From positions 12,548 through 76,547 of the forward strand of contig JAOAHF010000010.1 of the NCBI GenBank assembly GCA_026415355.1: 64,000 nt of DNA, read 5' to 3'. Shown in pieces: positions 19,940-29,288 of the stretch (position 1 is the first letter of the stretch; each line of letters begins with the position of its first letter). Both the position numbers and the translations under genes were made by a program. The notes under the pieces are model-generated. The model was not told where the DNA came from. It did no database searches and was given only the letters and a program-made list of their open reading frames with translations. Source of the DNA: Brevinematales bacterium (GTDB lineage Bacteria; Spirochaetota; Brevinematia; DTOW01).

Positions 19940-20578
19940 TTAGACTTTCTGTAAATAGAGTTCTTGATATTTCTGTATAGAACTTTCTAGGAAGAATACT
20001 TTGTTTGAGTAGAATAGATCTTTGATATTTAAGTTGTTATAGACTAACACTTTGAGATTTGGTAAGTTCCTAGCAGAGAGTATTATTTTTTCGTCATATG
20101 ATGGAATAATCAAGAGCCCATATCCTGTGTTTATTAGTGACATCACCTTAGAGAATTTGCTTACAAATTCTTTTGTCTTTATTACATTAATTGAAAAATC
20201 TTCCACGACTACTAAGCTTTTTTCTCTTATCTTTTCAGACAATATCGTGAAATAAGCTTTTCTCTTCATTTGTTTTGGGATTTTAGTAGTATAATCTCTT
20301 GGTTTAGGTCCATGTGCTATACCACCACCTACCCATATAGGAGACCTAATAGATCCATGTCTTGCCCTACCTGTACCTTTTTGCCTCCAAGGTTTTCTAC
20401 CACCACCGCTTACTTCTCCTCTTGTTTTTGTTGATGCTGTTCCTTGCCTTCTATTTGCTAGTTCTGCAACTAATGCCTTGTAAACTAAATCATTGTTATA
20501 TTCAAGTCCGAATATGCTGTCATCTACTTTTATTTTCTTTTTAACTGTTCCATCAAGTCCCAAAACTTCTATTTCCAT
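19940..20578 (-). CDS. rplD: 50S ribosomal protein L4
   Basis: RRQGTASTKTRGEVSGGGRKPWRQKGTGRARHGSIRSPIWVGGGIAHGPKPRDY. Confidence 0.98.
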   Translation of the reverse strand: MEIEVLGLDGTVKKKIKVDDSIFGLEYNNDLVYKALVAELANRRQGTASTKTRGEVSGGGRKPWRQKGTGRARHGSIRSPIWVGGGIAHGPKPRDYTTKIPKQMKRKAYFTILSEKIREKSLVVVEDFSINVIKTKEFVSKFSKVMSLINTGYGLLIIPSYDEKIILSARNLPNLKVLVYNNLNIKDLFYSNKVFFLESSIQKYQELYLQKV

Positions 20579-20705
20579 ACTGTCCTCCGAAAACGAATTC
20601 TAATTTTGAAAAATAATTGGATACTGTTTCAAATTCCAACGAGAGTTTTCAAAAAATTGTCCATAATGCTCATGAATACTTGTAATTCCCGATGTTTACA
20701 TCTTC

Positions 20706-21060
20706 GCAAGTGTTGTAAAAATGTGAAAAATTTTTACTCTCTTTCTCCACAAGCATTACAAGACCTAATACAACTATCACTACTAAACTCCTAGCCATCT
20801 CTACATCTTTCGCTTCTAATCGTCTCATCTCATTTCTCTTGAAATTGCTTATCACCTGCTCAACCCTATATCTATTCCTATCATATTGATACCTGTAATT
20901 CTTAAATCTTTCTTACACCTTTCTCAAAGAATGCTTAGTCTCATTATCTATTTTACCTCTAGCAGCGCACAATACCCTCGCATGCTTCCTTTCATCAAAG
21001 CATTTCACTCCTGTCAAGTATCACTCAACTTTTCAAGACAATCAAACAGTACTTATGTTT
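20706..21060 (-). mobile_element. Decayed IS5-like (DDE) transposase, C-terminal relic
   Basis: Minus frame GVKCFDERKHARV...RKV*ERFKNYRYQYDRNRYRVEQVISNFKR...KESKNFSHFYNT, a YREK-type signature with an internal stop. Homologous at DNA level to 46870-47005. Confidence 0.7.
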
Positions 21061-21306
21061 CTTCTTTTTGCCTTTTGTAGTAATCTTTGCTAGTTATCCC
21101 TTGTATCTTGTTGTATATTTGTTTGATGATTTTCAAGAAAAATATCATATATGACTTTCCGGAAGCATTATTTGATATACTTTTACAAGATTTCTTTTCT
21201 TCAAATCTGATCTTCTAAGGGATTCAGAAATTTTTCAAATACCTTTATTTCGAATATTGAAAGTTTAACTATTCAAATTTACTATTAAGAATAGGAGTTA
21301 GATTGT

Positions 21307-22800
21307 ATGGGAAGATTATATAGTAACCTACCTAACAGTTTCTTGAAATCCGTTTTAGAAGGTGAAAATGAGGAAATTGTTGAGAAACTTTTAGAACAAA
21401 AAAGACTTTTTGAAAACGAGCAAGATAAAGATAAAAAGACAGTTTACAAAGAACGATTGACTTCCGCATTTTGGGAGTTATATAGTGAGATTCTATTCAA
21501 GATAGGTACTCAATGGTTTGATAAGACACCTACTCCTAAGAGAATGTTCATTAGGTTTGGAATACTAGATCTTAGATATTTATCTGTTGAGGATCAAGAG
21601 ATGATAAAATCTGTTCCTGTGAAAAAAAGGGAAAGTGATGATGATGTATATAGATCGATATACTACATAGACGAGTGGATTGAAGAGATAGGCAAAGGTA
21701 AGATAGAACCAAGTGCTACTGATGAAGTACCTAGGAAGAAAAAGAAATCTGCTGGTGGTATAAGTGATGTTGATAGAGAGAGATATGAAAGAAAAAAGGG
21801 ATTACTAGAAGCAGAGATGTCGGGACTTAGGGAGTTATTAAGAAGAAGGCAACTATTGGAGGAGACTATTGTTAATAGTGTTAAGAGGGTTTATGATTTT
21901 TCAAGAATGTTTGATGATGTAAGGGAAGATAATTATTCTGTTGCTTACACACAATCTGAAGAAGATACATTACAAAAAGTTTTGGAAAATGTTAGAGATG
22001 TTTTGAAAGTAAATAAAGAGATAAGTATCATCCAGCAGAAGATTGATAAACTTGTTGAAGACATAAACAAAATAGAATCAACGTTACCTGAAGATGTAGA
22101 AGAGGAATATGAAGTAGATGCGTCATCTATAAAAACAGAGATACAAACTATTCGCCAAATGATAAAAATGTGTGTAGGAAGACAAGGTAATCATTTTCCT
22201 ATACTAACATCATCTATGTTACCTAGGTCTCATCTTAAGCCTAATTTTAGGGAAAATGCGGCGGAGTATATTAAGCAACTTTGGGCTTTGGATCCTGAGA
22301 TATATAACCGGAAAACTAGATCTTCTGTGCTAAAAATAGTTCCATACTTTATCCTGACAATAGGTTATGGTAACTATGGTATATGTTGGGAACCTTTCAA
22401 TAAGTTTAACAAAATTTCAAGTAAAGGTAGAATAGCAATACCAATTTTCTCGAAGAATCCTAAAGAAAGTATAGTCATAGCAATGGGAGACTTTAGATGG
22501 AATATGGCAAAAGAATTAGCAGGATATCACTGGATGGAGGAAGGATTAACAGGAGATTATTATCAGTATCACGAGTCTTTGAAATGGAAGGGGGACTTGA
22601 GATCAAAGTTTATATACGATTACTATCTTTGGTTAGTTAAAGAAAGTGAAGGAATACAAAAGTTAGAGAAAGAAATAAGAAGAATTTTTTGGTTCAAAGT
22701 TCCTTTCCCTGATAAATTAAAAGAAGAGTTAAGCAAGAAAGGGTACTACTATCAAGACTTGTACAAGAAAGAAGAAGCCAAGAAGCAATCTGAATTGTGA
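21307..22800 (+). CDS. Hypothetical protein with central coiled coil and aromatic-rich C-terminal domain
   Basis: 497 aa ORF with SD AGGAG; heptad-like middle; C-terminal GICWEPF..KGRIAIP..AMGDFRW..GYHWMEEGLTG block. Confidence 0.8.
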   Translation: MGRLYSNLPNSFLKSVLEGENEEIVEKLLEQKRLFENEQDKDKKTVYKERLTSAFWELYSEILFKIGTQWFDKTPTPKRMFIRFGILDLRYLSVEDQEMIKSVPVKKRESDDDVYRSIYYIDEWIEEIGKGKIEPSATDEVPRKKKKSAGGISDVDRERYERKKGLLEAEMSGLRELLRRRQLLEETIVNSVKRVYDFSRMFDDVREDNYSVAYTQSEEDTLQKVLENVRDVLKVNKEISIIQQKIDKLVEDINKIESTLPEDVEEEYEVDASSIKTEIQTIRQMIKMCVGRQGNHFPILTSSMLPRSHLKPNFRENAAEYIKQLWALDPEIYNRKTRSSVLKIVPYFILTIGYGNYGICWEPFNKFNKISSKGRIAIPIFSKNPKESIVIAMGDFRWNMAKELAGYHWMEEGLTGDYYQYHESLKWKGDLRSKFIYDYYLWLVKESEGIQKLEKEIRRIFWFKVPFPDKLKEELSKKGYYYQDLYKKEEAKKQSEL

Positions 22801-22835
22801 TTTGATTATGTTTTAGTTTTCTACATAGTTTATAG

Positions 22836-24599
22836 TTACAACATTGGCATAGTCATACCTATTCTCTGTTGAAATTCATGGAAATCATTTTCTATTATTT
22901 TTTTGACTTCAGATGGAGTGAGTGCTCTATTTACTTCTTCAAGAAGTTTCTTGAGTTCTGCTGAGTGAGTATTTACTATTACATTTTTTACAAAGGGGAC
23001 TGATTCTTGAGGCATACTGAAGTTTTTAAGTCCCATCGCAAGAAGTAATCTTGTATACTTAGGATTACCTGCTATTTCGCCGCATACTGAGACAAATTTA
23101 TTCATCTTATTTGCTAGACGAATGGATCTGTATACTAACCTTAATACTGATGGATTTAACGGTTCGTAGTACTCTGCTATTACTTCGTTATTTCTATCTA
23201 CTGCTAGTGTGTATTGAGTTAAATCGTTTGTTCCTATGCTTATGAAGTCTACTTCATTTAAGAACTCTTTTATCATAATCGCAACTGAAGGTATTTCTAC
23301 CATTATACCTATAGGTATGTTGCCGTTAACGTTTTTATTTTCTTCAATTAATTGTTGTACTGCTATGTTAAAGTAGTATTTTATTTTTCTTACCTCTTCA
23401 AGTGATGATACCATAGGAATTAATATTTTTAGATTACCGTATATGTTACTTCTTATTATTGCTCTTAATTGTTTTAGTAATTCTTCTTTTCTACTGAATA
23501 GTATTCTAATGGATCTCCAACCCAATGCTGGTTTACTCTCTTGAAGATTTTTTTCAAAAACTTTGTCTCCGCCTATATCAAGTAACCTTATTATAACTGG
23601 CTTATCGATAAATTTTTCTGCTGTAAGACTGTAGATTTCAAATTGCTCTTCTTCTGATAGAAACCTATTCTTTTTTAGGAAAACAAACTCAGTTCTAAAA
23701 AGTCCTACTCCGTCATAGTATCTTGTGTTTTCATAACTTACCTCATACTCATCAGATATGTTTAACATCATGGTACAGGTTTTTCTATCTATCGTTCTAG
23801 TTGGTTTCTCTAGGACGTCGAGAAGATGTTTTCTGTACTGATCAAATTTAACAGATTCGACATCAAATGATGAGAGGGTTTTTGTATCAGGATTTACTAT
23901 TATTTTTCCTTCGTTGGCGTTTAGTATGATGGTATCATCTTCATTGACGTTTTTTGTTAGATCTTTTACTGCGAAAATTGCTGGAATATTGTGTTGATGT
24001 GCGATTATTGATGCATGAGATGCGCTACCACCTCTTTCAAGAGCAATGCCTGCTATATTTCTGGTTTGAAGTATCTCAAGAAGTTGCGTTGGGTCTATAT
24101 CTACTCCTACTAGTATGTAATCATCATTTCCTATATTTTCTTTGTTGGATTTCGTTGAGTGTGAAGGACCTTGTTTGATTATATCTATGTTCTTGATGAT
24201 TCTATAAAATACGGATATTATGTCATAGACTTTTTCTTGAGAATGTGAAGTCATTGATTTGAATTTGTATTCAAGGTTGTTGATCATTCTGTATATTGAA
24301 GACTTAGCACTTATTTTTTCTTTTGTTATTAGCTCAACTAATTCTGAGTTTATTGTGCTATCTTCTAGTATGTTTGAGAAGAATAAACCTATTTCTTCAA
24401 CTGAGCCTTTGGCATTTGAGTATATATTTTTTAATTCGGACTTTGTTTTTTCAATTGCTTTTTTTAATATTTCTATTTCTGAATCGATGTTTTCAGGGTT
24501 TATGGTTTGGATTTTAAACTCACTTAAACTTGGTTCTATTAAGTATGCTCTACCTTTTACTAATCCTTTTGATACAGAAATACCCTTAAGTTCGATCAT
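22836..24599 (-). CDS. ptsI: Phosphoenolpyruvate-protein phosphotransferase (PTS enzyme I)
   Basis: GGSASHASI phospho-His, GLFRTEF, RLLDIGGDK, MVEIPS, IGTNDLTQY, CGE. Confidence 0.93.
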   Translation of the reverse strand: MIELKGISVSKGLVKGRAYLIEPSLSEFKIQTINPENIDSEIEILKKAIEKTKSELKNIYSNAKGSVEEIGLFFSNILEDSTINSELVELITKEKISAKSSIYRMINNLEYKFKSMTSHSQEKVYDIISVFYRIIKNIDIIKQGPSHSTKSNKENIGNDDYILVGVDIDPTQLLEILQTRNIAGIALERGGSASHASIIAHQHNIPAIFAVKDLTKNVNEDDTIILNANEGKIIVNPDTKTLSSFDVESVKFDQYRKHLLDVLEKPTRTIDRKTCTMMLNISDEYEVSYENTRYYDGVGLFRTEFVFLKKNRFLSEEEQFEIYSLTAEKFIDKPVIIRLLDIGGDKVFEKNLQESKPALGWRSIRILFSRKEELLKQLRAIIRSNIYGNLKILIPMVSSLEEVRKIKYYFNIAVQQLIEENKNVNGNIPIGIMVEIPSVAIMIKEFLNEVDFISIGTNDLTQYTLAVDRNNEVIAEYYEPLNPSVLRLVYRSIRLANKMNKFVSVCGEIAGNPKYTRLLLAMGLKNFSMPQESVPFVKNVIVNTHSAELKKLLEEVNRALTPSEVKKIIENDFHEFQQRIGMTMPML

Positions 24600-24716
24600 A
24601 ACCTATTTTAGTAATGATAAAGCATGCGTAGTAGTTTTTTCTACAAAGAGTATTTTTGTATGCATTTTAAAATACTTGATTTACTACTTTGGTTTGATAA
24701 TATTCTCCTACCTTTT

Positions 24717-24746
24717 TTGATAGAGTTTTGGTCAAACATATAAAAT
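24717..24746 (+). promoter_or_regulatory. Sigma70-type promoter for lepA (leaderless architecture)
   Basis: TTGATA-18 nt-TAAAAT, 6 nt before ATG 24753, no SD. Confidence 0.5.
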
Positions 24747-24752
24747 TAAAAT

Positions 24753-26555
24753 ATGGTTGATATTAGGAAGATTAGAAATTTTTCGATAATAGCTCATATT
24801 GATCACGGTAAGTCAACTCTTGCTGATAGATTACTTGAGATAGGTGGGGTTAAGGAAAAGGGGAATGATGAAGGTCCTGCTTTAGATTTTATGCCTGTTG
24901 AGAGACAGCATGGTATAACTGTCAAGGCACAGTCAGCGACGTTTGAGTATAGATCTAAAGATGGAGATACATACATCTTCAACCTTATAGATACTCCTGG
25001 GCATGTTGATTTTAACTTTGAGGTAAAAAGATCACTTAAAGCTTGTGAAGGTGTACTGTTACTTGTAGATGCTACTCAAGGTGTTCAAGCTCAAACACTT
25101 ACAAACTTTCTACTTGCGTTTGAAGAGGGACTTGAGATATTACCAGTTATAAACAAAATAGATCTACCTAGTGCTGATGTTGAAGCTACAAAAAGAGAGA
25201 TAGAGAAGGAATTAGGTATTCCCTCAGATGATGCAGTACTCATAAGTGCTAAAGAGGGTATAGGTATTGATAAACTAATGGAAGAAATAGTAAAAAGAAT
25301 ACCACCACCTAAAGGTGATCCTAATGCTCCACTTAAGGCGTTAGTTTTTGACTCTTTCTACGATAACTACAAAGGTGTAGTAGCTAAAATAAGAGTTTTT
25401 GAAGGTAGTGTCAGGCCTGGTGATGAGATACTCTTTATGGGGGGACAAAAGAAGTATAAAGTTGAAGAAGTAGGAATTATGGCTCTAAAGTTTATCAAAA
25501 AAGATGAACTAAACGCAGGAGAAGTTGGATACTTAATTGGTAATATAAAATCCATATCTGACTTTACTGTTGGAGATACAATAACGTTATCTTCAAATCC
25601 GACATCTGAACCTCTACCAGGTTATAGAGAACCTAAACCTATGGTTTATGCTTGTATATTCCCAACTGAAAACGAGGATTTCAATGACCTTAAAGAAGTT
25701 ATGTATAAACTTAAATTAACTGATGCTTCAATAACATTTGAACCAGTAAATTCAGTTTCTATGGGTATGGGATTTAAATGTGGTTTTTTAGGACTTTTAC
25801 ATATGCAAATTGTAATGGAACGACTTGATACAGAGTTTGATGTTTCTGTTGTTAGTACTGTTCCTACTGTTAAATATAAGGTTAACTTGAGAGATGGTAC
25901 TTCAATTTTCGTTGAAAATCCTATGGAAATGCCAGATCTAGCAAAGATAGATAGCATTGAAGAGCCATATACAGTAGTTTCTATAATTACTCCAGAAGAG
26001 TATATAGGTAGTATTATGAATATAGTCAAGGAAAAGAGAGGTGAACAAAAAAGTATCCATTACATAGATTCGAAAAGAGTTGAACTTAAATATGAGATGC
26101 CACTTGCTGAAGTAATATATGGTTTTTTTGATAAGCTTAAAAGTGTTAGTTCAGGTTATGCTTCTATGGATTATGAACTTGTAGGATACAGAGAATCAGA
26201 TATAGTCAAACTTGATATACTAGTGAATGGTAAACCTGTTGATGCTTTATCCTTTCTTGTTCATAGAGATGTGGCACAATATCGTGCTAGAGAGCTTGTT
26301 AAAAAATTGCAAAAACTTATACCTAAGCATTTATTCCCAATAGCAATACAAGCAGCAATAGGTAGCAAGGTCATAGCGAGAGAAGATATATCAGCACTCA
26401 GGAAAGATGTAACTGCAAAATGTTATGGAGGAGACGTTACAAGAAAAAGAAAGCTACTTGAGAAACAAAAAGAAGGTAAAAAGCGACTTAAAATGATAGG
26501 TAATGTGAGTATTCCTCAAGAAGCTTTTTTTGAAGTTATGAAAGTCAATAGTTGA
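24753..26555 (+). CDS. lepA: Elongation factor 4 (LepA)
   Basis: AHIDHGKSTLADR, DTPGHVDF, GFLGLLH, KCYGGDVTRKRKLLEKQKEGKKR. Confidence 0.98.
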   Translation: MVDIRKIRNFSIIAHIDHGKSTLADRLLEIGGVKEKGNDEGPALDFMPVERQHGITVKAQSATFEYRSKDGDTYIFNLIDTPGHVDFNFEVKRSLKACEGVLLLVDATQGVQAQTLTNFLLAFEEGLEILPVINKIDLPSADVEATKREIEKELGIPSDDAVLISAKEGIGIDKLMEEIVKRIPPPKGDPNAPLKALVFDSFYDNYKGVVAKIRVFEGSVRPGDEILFMGGQKKYKVEEVGIMALKFIKKDELNAGEVGYLIGNIKSISDFTVGDTITLSSNPTSEPLPGYREPKPMVYACIFPTENEDFNDLKEVMYKLKLTDASITFEPVNSVSMGMGFKCGFLGLLHMQIVMERLDTEFDVSVVSTVPTVKYKVNLRDGTSIFVENPMEMPDLAKIDSIEEPYTVVSIITPEEYIGSIMNIVKEKRGEQKSIHYIDSKRVELKYEMPLAEVIYGFFDKLKSVSSGYASMDYELVGYRESDIVKLDILVNGKPVDALSFLVHRDVAQYRARELVKKLQKLIPKHLFPIAIQAAIGSKVIAREDISALRKDVTAKCYGGDVTRKRKLLEKQKEGKKRLKMIGNVSIPQEAFFEVMKVNS

Positions 26556-27726
26556 AGTTTTTCAATACATACCTTTCTAAAGCTTTGACTACAACTTGAT
26601 CGTAGAGATTTGTATTCTTTTGAAGGAATTCTAGTGCTTCTTTGATTGAAAACTTTTTACTTTCTCTCCCATTTATCATTCTTTCGAATTTGTCTGCTAC
26701 AGCAACTATTCTCACGGGTAAAGGTATCATATTACCGCTTAATCTCTCAGGGCCGCTACTGTCTACTTTTTCGTGATGGTATAACACTATAGGTAGATAT
26801 TTTATAAAAATATTGCTATTCTCAATTATTTTTCTACCTACCGATATATGTTTTATAATTTCTGCTTCTTTCTCATAATCAGAACCTTTTGTTAATTTTC
26901 TATGATCTATACCTATAAATCCTATGTCGTGTATCATACTTGCATCTTTTATCAAGTTAACTACTTTTTCTTCTAGGCCTAACTCTCTCGCTATTCCTTC
27001 GGATATTGTCGAGACGTTAAAAGAATGCATTTTCCTAAAGGAGTATCTTCCTTCTATCTTCTTTATGAGTAAGAATAAAAACTCTTTGAATTGTCTAATT
27101 TGGTGTTCTACTATGGTTTCTCTTTTGTTCGTTAAGATCTCAAGGGATCTCAGTGTTTGAATATAATCTTTTGAAGTTATGTAAATTGAATTCATACCGT
27201 ATGGTATGAGTGAAAATAGCAATGATGTTGCTGGATATTCTCTTAGAAACACTAAGAATAGTATTGACACGATGTTAGTTAAAGATAGTATTCTAAAATT
27301 CTTGTCTAGGAACCATCCAGTACCAATGATGGTGTTTATCATCACTAAAACGGTAGAGTAAATTGAATTATTACCAATTCTGGTTATAATCATCATAAAG
27401 AGAAATAAAAGTATGACAATCGTAGTAAGGTAATAGGGTTTGTAATTTTTCTGGGAGTATAGAGTTTTATTTGCCATATCTGTTTCTGTTAGAAATTTGA
27501 GGATGTAAATACTTCCTGCTATTACAAATGCAATATCGTGATTTCTAAACAGGTAGATTAAAAAGCTTCCTCCTCCGTAAGCTATGGAAGCTATGGAAAT
27601 ATTTGTTAGAATACTCTTTATTCTTTTTGTTTTTATTCCAATAAAAGTCAAAATAGATCCTAAAAAGTATATTATAGTTCCAGATAACAGTGCTACAAGT
27701 AGATAGTATGTTATTTTCTCTACCAT
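26545..27726 (-). CDS. Membrane protein with degenerate HD-GYP domain
   Basis: About 6 TMs, then MHSFNVS, IHDIG, HHEKVDSSGP (GYP altered), VADKFERM. Confidence 0.8.
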   Translation of the reverse strand: MVEKITYYLLVALLSGTIIYFLGSILTFIGIKTKRIKSILTNISIASIAYGGGSFLIYLFRNHDIAFVIAGSIYILKFLTETDMANKTLYSQKNYKPYYLTTIVILLFLFMMIITRIGNNSIYSTVLVMINTIIGTGWFLDKNFRILSLTNIVSILFLVFLREYPATSLLFSLIPYGMNSIYITSKDYIQTLRSLEILTNKRETIVEHQIRQFKEFLFLLIKKIEGRYSFRKMHSFNVSTISEGIARELGLEEKVVNLIKDASMIHDIGFIGIDHRKLTKGSDYEKEAEIIKHISVGRKIIENSNIFIKYLPIVLYHHEKVDSSGPERLSGNMIPLPVRIVAVADKFERMINGRESKKFSIKEALEFLQKNTNLYDQVVVKALERYVLKNFNY

Positions 27727-27727
27727 T

Positions 27728-28309
27728 TTAAAACTCTTTGTCTGCTATGCTGGTGAATAAATCAAAATCCTGTTGAGAGAAGAAGACTAATCTTATCTCC
27801 CCTATAGTATTAGGGGTCTTTGAATATTCTTTCAAGATTTCGCATACTACTTTGGCAGCTTCTTCTTTTGGGTATCCATAAACTCCTGTTGATATGGCTG
27901 GGAACGCTATTGTTTTACAACCGAGTTCTTCAGCTAATTTAAGGCTATTTCTGTAAGCATTTTGAAGTAGTTGTTTTTCATTGTTATTCCCTCCTCTCCA
28001 AACAGGTCCTACAGTATGTATTACATACTTTGCTTTTAGGTTTCCTGCTGTTGTGTATACTGCCTCTCCGGTAGGTAATCCATCAGGATATTGAGTTTGT
28101 CTTATTTTCTTACATTCTTCTAGAATTTTGGGTCCTCCTTTACGATGTATTGCACCGTCAACTCCACCTCCGCCCATAAGTGAAGAGTTTGCAGCGTTTA
28201 CTATAACATCGGTGTCTTCTTCAGTTATGTCACCTATCTTAACAACTACAAGTCCATTGAGATATACCTTCATGAGTCTATTATTAAAAAGATTGTCATT
28301 TAAATTCAA
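27728..28309 (-). CDS. Macro-domain O-acetyl-ADP-ribose deacetylase (YmdB-like; likely start ATG 28273)
   Basis: GDIT, NAANSSLMGGGGVDGAIH, VIHTVGPVW, FPAISTGVYGYP. Confidence 0.93.
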   Translation of the reverse strand: MNLNDNLFNNRLMKVYLNGLVVVKIGDITEEDTDVIVNAANSSLMGGGGVDGAIHRKGGPKILEECKKIRQTQYPDGLPTGEAVYTTAGNLKAKYVIHTVGPVWRGGNNNEKQLLQNAYRNSLKLAEELGCKTIAFPAISTGVYGYPKEEAAKVVCEILKEYSKTPNTIGEIRLVFFSQQDFDLFTSIADKEF

Positions 28310-28396
28310 GTGGAGTGAAATGTTGTTGATTGTATTCCAACAGTATTGAAGTTTTTAGAAAGGTTTTGTAAGAATTGGTGTAAGAAAGTATTCTAC

Positions 28397-28410
28397 TTTT
28401 TTTTTTTTTT
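28397..28410 (+). repeat. T14 homopolymer tract
   Basis: 14 consecutive T in the divergent intergenic region, about 75 bp upstream of operator copy 1. Confidence 0.9.
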
Positions 28411-28484
28411 CAAAAGGCTAAGTGGATTTAGGGTTTTTAACCTTTACCAGCTTGAATAAAGTCATTTATTTTTACTTTTTTGTG

Positions 28485-28507
28485 TAAACTAGTTTACAAT
28501 ATAAATT
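28485..28507. promoter_or_regulatory. Palindromic operator, copy 1 (overlaps -10 TACAAT)
   Basis: TAAACTAGTTTACAATATAAATT; 20/23 positions invariant across the three copies. Confidence 0.75.
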
Positions 28508-29285
28508 GAACCTTGGGGAGGTTGGTATGTCCAGATTGGGTTGTTGTGCTGGTTTTATGGTTTTTTGGGTGTTATTTGTTTTTGTATGTGGTGGTTATGG
28601 TTTTGGGTTGAGTGGAGAGGAAATTTTGAGGAAGATAGATGGCAACTTGGATTTCAAAAGTGCTATTATGACTGCGAGGATGGAGATACATTTGCCGGGA
28701 CAACCACCTAGAGTAAAGGTTTTTAAGGTGTGGGTGGTTGGGGAAGAGAAAGCTTATGTTGAGTTCATTAATAAGGAGGATAGGAACATAAGGTATCTTA
28801 AGATTGGTAGGCAGTTGTGGGTTTATGACAAGTCTGAAAATAATACTTTTCTGATATCAGGGCATTTACTAAAGCAGGGAATGATGGGGAGTGATGTATC
28901 TTATGAGGATATACTTGAATCGGAAGATATATACACAAAGTATAGTATTACTCTTGAGGGTGAGGGAAAAGTAAAGGGAAGAGACTGTTATATTGTTTCT
29001 CTAAGGGCTAAGGTTGAGAATGTTTCTTACTATCAGAGAAAGATGTGGGTTGACAAGGAGTTTTTCATACCTTGGAAAGAGGAGATATTTGCCCAGAGTG
29101 GTAGGCTTCTTAAGGTTGCTGAGGTTGAAGAGGTTAGAACGTTTGATAATAAGTATTATCCAACAAAGACTGTAGTTTCTGATAAGCTGAAGGAAAGTAC
29201 AAAAACTGTGATTCAGATACAAGATGCTAGCTTTGATGTTGGTATTTCGGATAGTATTTTCACCAAAAGGTATCTTGAAAGGTAG
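28506..29285 (+). CDS. Outer-membrane lipoprotein-sorting protein, LolA-like (likely start ATG 28527)
   Basis: Signal-like N-terminus; EEILRKID, RYLKIGRQLWVY, LISGHLLKQGMMGSDVSYED, YYQRKMWVDKE, SGRLLK, FTKRYLER. Confidence 0.85.
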   Translation: MNLGEVGMSRLGCCAGFMVFWVLFVFVCGGYGFGLSGEEILRKIDGNLDFKSAIMTARMEIHLPGQPPRVKVFKVWVVGEEKAYVEFINKEDRNIRYLKIGRQLWVYDKSENNTFLISGHLLKQGMMGSDVSYEDILESEDIYTKYSITLEGEGKVKGRDCYIVSLRAKVENVSYYQRKMWVDKEFFIPWKEEIFAQSGRLLKVAEVEEVRTFDNKYYPTKTVVSDKLKESTKTVIQIQDASFDVGISDSIFTKRYLER

Positions 29286-29288
29286 CTG

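Noticed and set aside
19749-19940. oriC or dnaA remnant upstream of dnaN
   Set aside because: No TTATCCACA-type box cluster, and the short open frame there does not convincingly resemble the DnaA C-terminus.
20606-21080. ORF-track + strand ORFs 20606-20794 and 20886-21080
   Set aside because: They are antisense to the IS relic. The 20670-20855 minus ORF is the relic's own tail, not a separate gene.
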